The position numbers and the translations under genes are program-made. The notes under the pieces are model-generated. The model saw nothing but the letters and a program-made list of their open reading frames with translations. It did no database searches and was not told the origin of the DNA. Shown one piece after another: positions 8,546 through 16,951 of a DNA stretch of 28,878 nucleotides. The stretch comes from an uncultured Saprospiraceae bacterium (GTDB lineage Bacteria > Bacteroidota > Bacteroidia > Chitinophagales > Saprospiraceae), in assembly GCA_965367335.1 (NCBI GenBank), contig CBDUIU010000001.1, positions 1-28,878 on the forward strand, written 5' to 3'. Positions within the stretch are counted from its first letter, which is position 1, and each line of letters opens with the position of its first letter.

Positions 8546-8664
8546 TCTGGCATGAAATTTTCCTGGTATATATAACATACTTATTATCAAACCAATTCGA
8601 TTATAGATTTTTTATCAATTAAAAGATTTAGTGTTCAATGGACACTAATGAGGAGTAATTGTAG

Positions 8665-8672
8665 TATCTTTG
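8665..8672 (+). promoter_or_regulatory. -7 promoter element for the phosphorylase gene
   Basis: TATCTTTG about 95 nt upstream of ATG 8766; -33 element not evident. Confidence 0.5.
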
Positions 8673-8765
8673 ATAAACTTTTATCCCAATTCTAAATGCA
8701 CAAATGAAAATGCCGGGGGTATACTCGGTGAGTGAATACTATTTTTTGGATAATAAACCAATACA

Positions 8766-10454
8766 ATGAGTCAGTTTCAAAACTTCAAACCAAGCTATCC
8801 TCTAAATAAGCGCTATAAAAAACCAGTAGCTTATTTTTGTATGGAATACGGTATAGACCAAGCCCTGAAGATTTACTCCGGTGGTCTGGGTTATCTTGCC
8901 GGATCGCATATGCGTTCCGCGTTCACTTTACAGCAAAATTTAGTTGGTATCGGTATTTTATGGAAATATGGGTACTACGATCAGCTCCGTGGTAAAGATA
9001 AATCCATGGAGGCTCAATTTATAGAAAAGAACTATAGTTACCTGGAAGATACCGGGATCGTTTTTGACATTATGGTCAATAAGCATCCGGTAAAAGTAAA
9101 AGCTTTCTATCTGGCACCCGAGATCTTTGGAACAGCACCTTTGTTCCTTTTATCTACTGATTTACCGGAAAATGATTGGCTGGCTCAAACGATCTGCCAC
9201 CGCTTATATGATTCTAATGTATCCACCAAGATCGCTCAGTGTATGCTACTGGGAGTTGGAGGTGCAAAATTGTTAGACATCATTGGCTTTAACCCGGAAG
9301 CTTACCACATGAATGAGGCGCACGCTTTACCAGCAGCCTTTTATTTGTATCAGAAATATCGCGACCTGGAAAAGGTTCGTGAAAAAATGGTGTTTACTAC
9401 GCATACACCGGTAGAAGCGGGTAATGAAAAACATGATATCCGTCTTTTAGATGGCATGGACTATTTTAGTGGTTTACCAACAGAGGATGTTAAACAACTG
9501 GTTGGTATTCAAGGTGAAGTGTTCAATCATACTTTGATTGCTTTACGAATGTCTCACTTAGCCAATGGAGTGTCAAAAATACATGGAGAAGTATCCCGTC
9601 AGATGTGGGGAGGCTATAATGACATCTGCCCGATTACCCATATCACCAATGCCCAGAATCATAAATACTGGTCGGATCAGCCATTGGATAAGGCATTAGC
9701 AAAAGGATTGGATAAGAAATTCCTGGATCGTAAGACTGTTCTGAAAGAAAGGTTGTTTGAAGTCGTTGCAGATCAAACGGGTAAAATGTTTAACCCCAAA
9801 GTACTGACTGTTGTCTGGGCACGCCGCTTCGCGGGCTATAAACGTGCAGACATACTAACAACAGATATGCAGCGTTTCGAAAAGCTGATCAAAAACACGA
9901 AGCACCCTATCCAGATCATTTGGGCGGGCAAACCCTACCCTACTGATTATGAGGCTGTCAGCACCTTCAACGGTTTAGTCCATTTAAGCAAAAGATATTC
10001 GAATCTTGCGGTATTAACCGGTTACGAGCTTCGCCTATCCAAACAACTTAAGCAAGGTTCTGACATCTGGTTGAATACGCCTCGTGCTCCCCGTGAAGCT
10101 TCTGGTACCAGTGGCATGACTGCAGCAATGAATGCAAGTGTCAACTTCTCCATCAATGATGGCTGGGTCGCTGAGTTTGCCCAGCATGGCACCAATGCCT
10201 TTGTAACGCCCCTGGCCAACCCGGCCTGGCCAGAATTTCAACAAGATGCGTACGATCGAGATAATCTTTTTGATGTCTTAGAAGATGAGATTCTCCCATT
10301 GTACTATGAACGACCACAAGAGTGGTTAGAATTAGTAAAGAACAGCATGCGCCAGGTAGTTCCGTTTTTTGATTCGGATCGAATGGCAGCAGCTTATTAC
10401 GATACCTTATATGGAAAAAAAGAAGTGGAGGCAGCAGCAAAAGCTAGTCGATAG
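8766..10454 (+). CDS. glgP: Alpha-glucan phosphorylase family protein (GT35), short 562-aa form, PLP Lys replaced by Thr
   Basis: VAYFCMEYG, YSGGLGYLAG, HMNEAH, FTTHTP, ARRFAGYKRA and EASGTSGMTAAMN. Confidence 0.88.
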   Translation: MSQFQNFKPSYPLNKRYKKPVAYFCMEYGIDQALKIYSGGLGYLAGSHMRSAFTLQQNLVGIGILWKYGYYDQLRGKDKSMEAQFIEKNYSYLEDTGIVFDIMVNKHPVKVKAFYLAPEIFGTAPLFLLSTDLPENDWLAQTICHRLYDSNVSTKIAQCMLLGVGGAKLLDIIGFNPEAYHMNEAHALPAAFYLYQKYRDLEKVREKMVFTTHTPVEAGNEKHDIRLLDGMDYFSGLPTEDVKQLVGIQGEVFNHTLIALRMSHLANGVSKIHGEVSRQMWGGYNDICPITHITNAQNHKYWSDQPLDKALAKGLDKKFLDRKTVLKERLFEVVADQTGKMFNPKVLTVVWARRFAGYKRADILTTDMQRFEKLIKNTKHPIQIIWAGKPYPTDYEAVSTFNGLVHLSKRYSNLAVLTGYELRLSKQLKQGSDIWLNTPRAPREASGTSGMTAAMNASVNFSINDGWVAEFAQHGTNAFVTPLANPAWPEFQQDAYDRDNLFDVLEDEILPLYYERPQEWLELVKNSMRQVVPFFDSDRMAAAYYDTLYGKKEVEAAAKASR

Positions 10455-10473
10455 AACTACTTAATAAGAATAG

Positions 10474-10508
10474 AAAAAACGTCGCTCTTTATTAGGGCGG
10501 CGTTTTTT
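10474..10508. terminator. Intrinsic terminator after glgP (bidirectional shape)
   Basis: AAAAAACGTCGCTCT-ttatt-AGGGCGGCGTTTTTT. Confidence 0.8.
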
Positions 10509-10611
10509 AGTATTAAGACAATTGTCTAGAGTGTTTCAAGGCAATAATATTTATGTGCATCCATTTCATAAAAAGTAGCATTTGCACTAACCATTACTGA
10601 CCTCCAATATC

Positions 10612-10658
10612 AAAAAAGCCGCTTTGATCCCGATAATTATCGTGGACAAAGCGGCTTT
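10612..10658 (-). terminator. Intrinsic terminator after glnA
   Basis: AAAGCCGCTTTG...CAAAGCGGCTTT 12-bp stem with an inner CGATAATTATCG palindrome; T-run follows on the minus strand. Confidence 0.75.
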
Positions 10659-10686
10659 CAAATTTATACTTATTTAACGCAATATT

Positions 10687-11724
10687 CTAAGCGGTAGCGG
10701 CAGCGGCTGAGCTTTTTACTTTAGCAGACTTCACCGTCTTAATGATCCGAGCAGTTACTAAGTAAGGATTAGCATTAGAAGCCGGGCGACGATCCTCCAG
10801 GTATCCAATCCAAGTTTGTGATACATTCAATGGAATACGGATAGAGGCACCACGGTCAGAAACACCATAGCTAAATTGATCAATAGATTGTGTTTCGTGA
10901 GCACCGGTCAGTCGCTGATCATTATTAGATCCATATACCGCAATATGCTCATCGTGAACTGGACGGAAAGCTTCACAAATACTCATAAACAATTCTTTCC
11001 CTCCTTCTTCACGCATCGGCGTATTGGAAAAATTAACGTGCATACCTGAGCCGTTCCAATCACCTTTAACTGGCTTAGGCTGGATATCTACATTAACACC
11101 AAACTCTTCACATATCCGGTATAATAAATAACGAGATAAGATCAAGTCATCAGAAGCTTTCTTAGGTCCTTTGCCAAAACATTGGTACTCCCATTGTCCT
11201 AACATTACTTCTGCATTGATACCTGTAATACCTAAACCAGCATCCAGACATGCATCCATATGTGCTTCGACGATATCGCGGCCAGCAACTTTTGTATTAC
11301 CTACACCGCAGTAGTAGGGTCCTTGTGGAGCTGGATAACCATCAACAGGAAAGCCTAATGGCTTGCCAGTCTCACCGGTCATTACATACTCTTGTTCAAA
11401 ACCAAACCAGAAGTCGTCATTGCCGTCTTCAATCAATGCCCGATGGTTGGTAGCATGAGGTGTACCGTCTGCATTAAATACTTCGCAAACAACCAGGTAA
11501 CCATTGATCCGAGCTGAATCGGGGTAAACTGCAACCGGCTTTAACAAACAATCAGAAGAGTGGCCTTCCGCTTGCTGAGTAGAGCTGCCGTCAAATGACC
11601 AATCGGGCAATACGTCCAATTCACCATCGTAGTTATCAAATGCCAAAACTTACGTTTTGCTTCTTAAGTTAGCTTCAGGTTTGTAACCGTCTAGCCAGAT
11701 GTACTCAAATTTGTACTTTGCCAT
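10687..11724 (-). pseudogene. glnA: Glutamine synthetase type II (GSII-like) interrupted by an in-frame TAA at codon 25 (real nonsense allele or sequence error)
   Basis: ATG 11724 gives MAKYKFEYIWLDGYKPEANLRSKT, then TAA (11652-11650), then VLAFD...PDWSFDGSST in the same frame. Downstream GS motifs are intact: FGFEQEY, GINAEVMLGQWEYQ, DWNGSGMH, RLTGAHET, DRGASIRIP, YLEDRRPASN. Confidence 0.85.
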
Positions 11725-11943
11725 TGTAATCAAGAATTTATTAATTTATAAAAAAGCTTTTTTCCCTATTTATAAGGCTGTGCCTTTGTTATTATGGATT
11801 TTTATGCTTCGCTTTGCGAACCATTTTATGAGTTTTAACCTTAGGGGGTTCGCGCCTGAAAAATTTGATGTTTCAGGATTTGCTAGTCCGACAACGTGAA
11901 CCTCGCGTTAGCCCTGTTAAGTTAAAGCCCCTTTTTCACCCTT

Positions 11944-13041
11944 CTAAAAAGCATACATCGCTGCCATAATAAAAGCCGGAGAGGTTCCCGTAGCTTCGCC
12001 GTCCGCATCAAAGAAGACATCCTTGTCCGCAATATCTATCCGAAATTCCGGAATGATCGTTAACTGATCTATTTTGATATTTGCAGATAAGGTCAAATCA
12101 ATAATGCTATTGTCAGCAACGCCAGAGATCAAGCCATCGTCATCACCGATATATTCACCTCGAACTCCAAACAATAAGCTTTCGCTTACGGTATAATTAG
12201 CGTATAATGCTGCACCAAACCAGGACGCATTGTCCCCTTCATCCGGATTCAGGGTTTTTACCGTAGTATTTAAGCCTAAGCCAAAAGATTCCGTAGCCTG
12301 AAAAGTCGCTGTCAAATCAATTTGATTTTCCATGATATCTCCTGCTATTTCACTCTCTTCAGCTTTACCTCCGATAAAGTTTAAATAAGCACCTAGCTTA
12401 TCATCACTATAAGACAACTGAGCACCAAAGTGTTTACCTGGTACAACATCCATCTTAGCATCGGTATCATTAAAGACGCCGAGCATAATGCCAAATTTTT
12501 CAGACACCGCATAGTCTGCTTTCAGACCGGTGTGGTAAAAAGGTCCATTTGAAAACATGTACGAGGTACTGTAGTTAATGTTATCCGGTGCATCAATTAC
12601 TTCATAACCGACATGGGTACCATAGTTTCCAAAAGTAAATGTCAAGTTCTCTACTGGTGTATACGTAACGTATAACTGTTTGATAGCAGAGAGGGTCGTT
12701 CCAGCATAACCATTGGCCACTTCAGCACGAGGGCCCACGGCAATATCTGCTTTGAATCCTACTTTACCTTCTTTAGCAAAAACGACATTCGCCATGCCCA
12801 GGGAAAAAGAATTATGCGCTTCGGTAAAACTTGTAGGAAACGCTTCTTTGTTGGTAAAATAAGCATAGTAACCATCGACAAATCCGCTAATGGTAAATGA
12901 AGGTTCAACTTCAACTTCAGTTTGTTCAGCCACCGTTGTGGTTGAAGGAACGAGGGGCTCGGTGCCCACATCCGCCATGTCCTGCGCGTTCAATACATTT
13001 AACGATAACAGTAACAAGGCAATAAGTGTAAACTTTTGCAT
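11944..13041 (-). CDS. Outer-membrane beta-barrel (putative porin, BBP2-like)
   Basis: N-terminal signal peptide, SGFVDGYY, alternating amphipathic strands, C-terminal aromatic (MYAF); lies between amt and glnA. Confidence 0.78.
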   Translation of the reverse strand: MQKFTLIALLLLSLNVLNAQDMADVGTEPLVPSTTTVAEQTEVEVEPSFTISGFVDGYYAYFTNKEAFPTSFTEAHNSFSLGMANVVFAKEGKVGFKADIAVGPRAEVANGYAGTTLSAIKQLYVTYTPVENLTFTFGNYGTHVGYEVIDAPDNINYSTSYMFSNGPFYHTGLKADYAVSEKFGIMLGVFNDTDAKMDVVPGKHFGAQLSYSDDKLGAYLNFIGGKAEESEIAGDIMENQIDLTATFQATESFGLGLNTTVKTLNPDEGDNASWFGAALYANYTVSESLLFGVRGEYIGDDDGLISGVADNSIIDLTLSANIKIDQLTIIPEFRIDIADKDVFFDADGEATGTSPAFIMAAMYAF

Positions 13042-13261
13042 AAGACAAGCAGTTTGGAGCCAAAGAGTCTTTGATAAAAAATCAATTTCAAATTAGCTCA
13101 GCGTTAAAAAATCTGATTTTTAAAACACCGGAGTAGATCCGGATGGTTGAAATCAGAAAGACCGCTTGCTTACACAAATAAGGTATTCAGTATTTCAAAT
13201 ACGACCTATTTTGCGTAACTTTGTTTTGCGATTCAGGAAGGCGGTCTTTCCGTTTTCTTGA

Positions 13262-13304
13262 AGAAAAGGGGCTCCTGGCATAGTTAGCGCTAACCAGGAG
13301 TCTC
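13262..13304 (-). terminator. Intrinsic terminator after amt
   Basis: mRNA GAGACUCCUGG...CCAGGAGCCCC followed by UUUUCUU. Confidence 0.65.
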
Positions 13305-13350
13305 CTTATTTGTACAATGTGCAAGTACTAAAACCTAATCTCGAATGCTA

Positions 13351-14601
13351 TTATTCGATGGCTAGGTTGTAGGACGGGGCACTCTCCAATTCTGCGTAGG
13401 CAGCCATGTCATGCTCGGAGTGATCCAAGCCCCTGGCTTCTTCTTCGTCAGATACGCGAATTCCGACGGTTACTTTTAACACGTACATCACCGCGAAAGC
13501 AAAGATGAAAGTAAAAGCACCAATGGCCAATGTACCATAGAGCTGCACCCACAACTGAGCTAACCCCGCTTTAGCACCGAACAATCCTACGGCCAGGGTT
13601 CCCCATATTCCGCATACCAGGTGCACAGAAGTAGCACCTACCGGATCATCCAGTTTAAGGATTTTGTCAAAGAAAACTACTGAAAACGGTATAATTACAC
13701 CGGCGACCAAACCGATGATAATGGAAACACCAGGGGTCATTAAATCTGCACCCGCTGTGATTCCGACCAAGCCTCCCAGGATGCCATTCAACACCATGGA
13801 AAGGTCGTGAGTTTTAAATAATAAATAGCTGGCGAAAAAAGCACCTATAGCACCTGCCGCAGCTGACAGACAGGTCGTTACAAATACCAATGAAACAGCT
13901 GAGGGGTCTCCAGACAACACGGAACCTCCGTTAAAACCAAACCAGCCAAACCATAGTAAAAAAACACCCATAGCAGCCAAAGGCATGTTATGGCCCGGGA
14001 TCGGATGGATTGTCCCATCTTTATCATATTTACCATTCCGTGCACCTAACAATACAATCGCAGCCAAAGCTCCCCAGCCGCCAACAGCGTGGACCAGGGT
14101 AGAGCCAGCAAAATCGTAAAATCCATTTGCATCTAACCATCCGGCTCCCCATTTCCACATTCCGGTAATGGGATAACTGATGGAAACAAATAATATACAG
14201 AATATTAAAAACGGCCCAAGTTTGATCCGCTCCGCTACCGCGCCGGAAACAATAGTACAACATGTAGCCGCAAACATCGCTTGGAAAATAAAGTCAGTGT
14301 AATAGGTATAAGCTCCATCAGCATAAGCGATAGCTTCCCCTTCGGGAAGTGTCAGGCCAAAGCCATCAAAACCGAAAAAAGCGTTGATCGGCTCATCCGG
14401 ATACATCAGATTAAACCCTACAAAATAATAGGTCAACAACCCGATCGCGATAATCATCACGTTTTTAAATAGTATATTGACCGTATTCTTTTTTCTGACA
14501 AATCCAGCTTCCAGAGTAGAGAACCCCAGGTGCATGATAAAAACTAGTACTGTTGCTATAAGCAACCATAGATTATTAGCAGTAAACAATGCCTCATTCA
14601 T
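13351..14601 (-). CDS. amtB: Ammonium transporter
   Basis: FQAMFAAT, IVSGAVAER, DFAGSTLVH (first His), LWFGWFGFNGGS, NGILGGLVGITA and DDPVGATSVH (second His). Confidence 0.96.
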   Translation of the reverse strand: MNEALFTANNLWLLIATVLVFIMHLGFSTLEAGFVRKKNTVNILFKNVMIIAIGLLTYYFVGFNLMYPDEPINAFFGFDGFGLTLPEGEAIAYADGAYTYYTDFIFQAMFAATCCTIVSGAVAERIKLGPFLIFCILFVSISYPITGMWKWGAGWLDANGFYDFAGSTLVHAVGGWGALAAIVLLGARNGKYDKDGTIHPIPGHNMPLAAMGVFLLWFGWFGFNGGSVLSGDPSAVSLVFVTTCLSAAAGAIGAFFASYLLFKTHDLSMVLNGILGGLVGITAGADLMTPGVSIIIGLVAGVIIPFSVVFFDKILKLDDPVGATSVHLVCGIWGTLAVGLFGAKAGLAQLWVQLYGTLAIGAFTFIFAFAVMYVLKVTVGIRVSDEEEARGLDHSEHDMAAYAELESAPSYNLAIE

Positions 14602-14758
14602 ATCAATTAGACGTTAGTAGTTTGAAAATTGGTTTTAAATTGTCTTGGTTATTTGATTAAGGCAGTGTCAAATCTTTTATGGCAATAACTGATCGTTAAT
14701 ATTAGTAAGTGATACTATATATTTAAAAATAGTATTATGTGTTAATAATTATTCTTTT

Positions 14759-15097
14759 TTAGATCGCAGCAGCATTTTTTTCTGCCGTACGGATTCTGGT
14801 AACACTTTGAACATCAAGGACGGTAATTTTACCATCACCAACTTCTCCGGTACGGCCCGAATTCACAATTGCATCAATAATCGAATCCACTTTATCATTA
14901 TCGGTTAAAATATCCAATTGTAAACGAGCGATAAAAGTCGTATCATAGACGGAGCCGCGATAGACACGTTTTTCACCTTTTTGCAGACCAAATCCTTTTA
15001 CATCTTTGAGTGTAAAAAAATTTACTCCAATCTCGGCAAGTGCATCACGAACGGCATCAAAACGAGAAAGACGAATAATCGCTTCTATTTTTTTCAT
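14759..15097 (-). CDS. P-II nitrogen regulator (GlnB/GlnK family), 112 aa
   Basis: Start MKKIEAIIR at 15097 gives the canonical 112 aa. T-loop YRGSVY with Tyr51, plus GEVGDGKI and RIRT. Adjacent to amt, i.e. GlnK-like context. Confidence 0.95.
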   Translation of the reverse strand: MKKIEAIIRLSRFDAVRDALAEIGVNFFTLKDVKGFGLQKGEKRVYRGSVYDTTFIARLQLDILTDNDKVDSIIDAIVNSGRTGEVGDGKITVLDVQSVTRIRTAEKNAAAI

Positions 15098-15159
15098 TTT
15101 TCTTATTTTTAGGTCTTCTATTTCAGAAATGATTAAAGATTTATTTGCATTTGTTAATA

Positions 15160-15191
15160 CAAAAGTAATTGACTCGCACACTTAGATTAAA
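15160..15191 (-). promoter_or_regulatory. Promoter of the P-II/amt cluster
   Basis: TACTTTTG (15167-15160) with TTTA 20 nt upstream (one mismatch to -33 TTTG). Confidence 0.6.
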
Positions 15192-15276
15192 TTAAAAAAC
15201 CCCAGTGATGTGATTCCCAAAGTGCAGCTTATAACTATTTACCTCTGATAATCAGCACTTTAAGTCAACCATAAAT

Positions 15277-16824
15277 ATGACCTTCAGCTCACCTACAGAT
15301 CAAACTTTTACCTTAATAAAGTCTTTAACGAAGGCAGAAAAGCGCAATTTCAAATTATACGCGACCCGAATCCAGAGTAAAGAGGAGCTTAAATTTGTGC
15401 GGCTTTTTGAAGTTATGGATAAGATGACGGATTATCATGAGGCGGATATGCTAAAACGACTTCCAGAAGTTAAACGCCGTCAATTACCTAATCTCAAGCG
15501 CCACCTTTACAAGCAGATCCTCTCCAGCCTGCGGATTATTCACATTCAAAAAAACGCGGATATTGAAATTCGCGAGCAAATTGATTTCGCCCGGATCTTA
15601 TACGGCAAGGGACTCTATTTGCAAAGCCTAAAACTACTGGAGCGTATCAAAGGGCTTGCTATTGAAAATCACTTAGATCTATTACTGTTAGAAATCCTGG
15701 AGTTCCAAAAGTTGATTGAAGAACGACATATTACCCGTAGCCGACAGATAAAAGGAAAGGTGGAAAACTTATTAGAGGAGGCAGCACAACGAAGTGAAAT
15801 CATTCGAAATAGTTGTCATTTATCAAACCTCAAGATCAAGATCCATGGTTGGTATATTCAAATCGGACATGTAAAGAATGAAAAAGACCGATTGGTCGTG
15901 GAGGAATATTTTCGCTCCAATATCCCTAAAGTCCGGGTAGAGTTATTAACCTTTTTTGAAAAAATTTACTACTTCCAATCCAATGTTTGGTATCATTATA
16001 TCATGCTGGATTTTGAATCCTGTTATACCTCCGCAAAAGAATGGGTAGACTTATTTCAGCTGGACCCCAAGATGCAATCCGAAGACCCCGATCTCTATAT
16101 GCGGGGACTGCACTATTTACTGACCTCAGCTTTTAATTTGCAGGACAAAATTCGTTTTGCCCAAGGCTTAAATCTATTTGAATCCTTTTATCAAAAACAC
16201 CATAAATCTTTTCCAACGATCACTCAAACGATGGCTTTCCTTTACCTGGATACTGCCCGTTTGAATGCTTTATTCTTAGAAGGTACTTTTGAAAAAGGCC
16301 TACCCTTAGTTCCTAAGATCCTCAAGCAGATAAAGCTTTACGAAAAATACCTGGATCCACACCGGATAATGGTTTTTTACTATAAATTCGCTTTTCTCTA
16401 TATCGGTTGTGGTCGTTACAAAGAAGCGATTGATTATCTGAATATCATTATCGATTTAAAAATTGGTCATTTACGGGAAGACATTCAATCCTATGCAAGG
16501 TTATTGTTTATAATTGCCCATTTTGAGTTGGGCCATTATGATTTAATGGAGTATTTATTAAGTTCTACCCAACGCTATCTGGAGAAATTGTCGGAACTAA
16601 ATAAAGTACAGAAAAGGACCTTGAAGTTTTTCCGACAATTACTTAAGCATCCTCATTCAAAGTGGTCCGAGATTTTTGTCCAATTCAGAGACCAATTGAA
16701 AATACTCCAGGAAGACCCCTACGAGATGAGGGCTTTTCTTTATCTGGACATTCTCACCTGGGCGCAAAGTAAGGTGGAAAAAAAATCATTGGCCCAGGTC
16801 ATACGAAATCGAAATTTAAGATAA
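15277..16824 (+). CDS. Hypothetical all-helical protein, TPR-like repeats, possible N-terminal DNA-binding region
   Basis: 515-aa ORF divergent from P-II. TPR-like segments such as FARILYGKGLYLQSLKLLERIK and FLYIGCGRYKEAIDYLNII; basic helix KRRQLPNLKRHLYKQIL. Confidence 0.8.
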   Translation: MTFSSPTDQTFTLIKSLTKAEKRNFKLYATRIQSKEELKFVRLFEVMDKMTDYHEADMLKRLPEVKRRQLPNLKRHLYKQILSSLRIIHIQKNADIEIREQIDFARILYGKGLYLQSLKLLERIKGLAIENHLDLLLLEILEFQKLIEERHITRSRQIKGKVENLLEEAAQRSEIIRNSCHLSNLKIKIHGWYIQIGHVKNEKDRLVVEEYFRSNIPKVRVELLTFFEKIYYFQSNVWYHYIMLDFESCYTSAKEWVDLFQLDPKMQSEDPDLYMRGLHYLLTSAFNLQDKIRFAQGLNLFESFYQKHHKSFPTITQTMAFLYLDTARLNALFLEGTFEKGLPLVPKILKQIKLYEKYLDPHRIMVFYYKFAFLYIGCGRYKEAIDYLNIIIDLKIGHLREDIQSYARLLFIIAHFELGHYDLMEYLLSSTQRYLEKLSELNKVQKRTLKFFRQLLKHPHSKWSEIFVQFRDQLKILQEDPYEMRAFLYLDILTWAQSKVEKKSLAQVIRNRNLR

Positions 16825-16951
16825 AATTCTGCAAGGATCATATTATTATTTTTTGGCATCTTATGTGCATCAGTAATTAAACAAAATACTTATCTTGTAG
16901 ACTAGAAAAGCCCACATAAACTTTTCTAATTTGTTTTACAACATATTAAGA

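Noticed and set aside
10687-11646. 319-aa glnA starting at TTG 11646
   Set aside because: The conserved GS N-terminus is encoded in frame upstream from ATG 11724; the short call is an artifact of the internal TAA.
11845-11904. Glutamine (glnA-motif) riboswitch
   Set aside because: The P1-like GUUC/GAAC pair exists, but the conserved GGAAGUA/GAAG E-loop junction is absent on the mRNA strand.
15098-15181. 28-aa N-terminal extension of P-II
   Set aside because: ATG 15097 gives the canonical 112-aa protein, and the extension overlaps the predicted promoter at 15160-15191.
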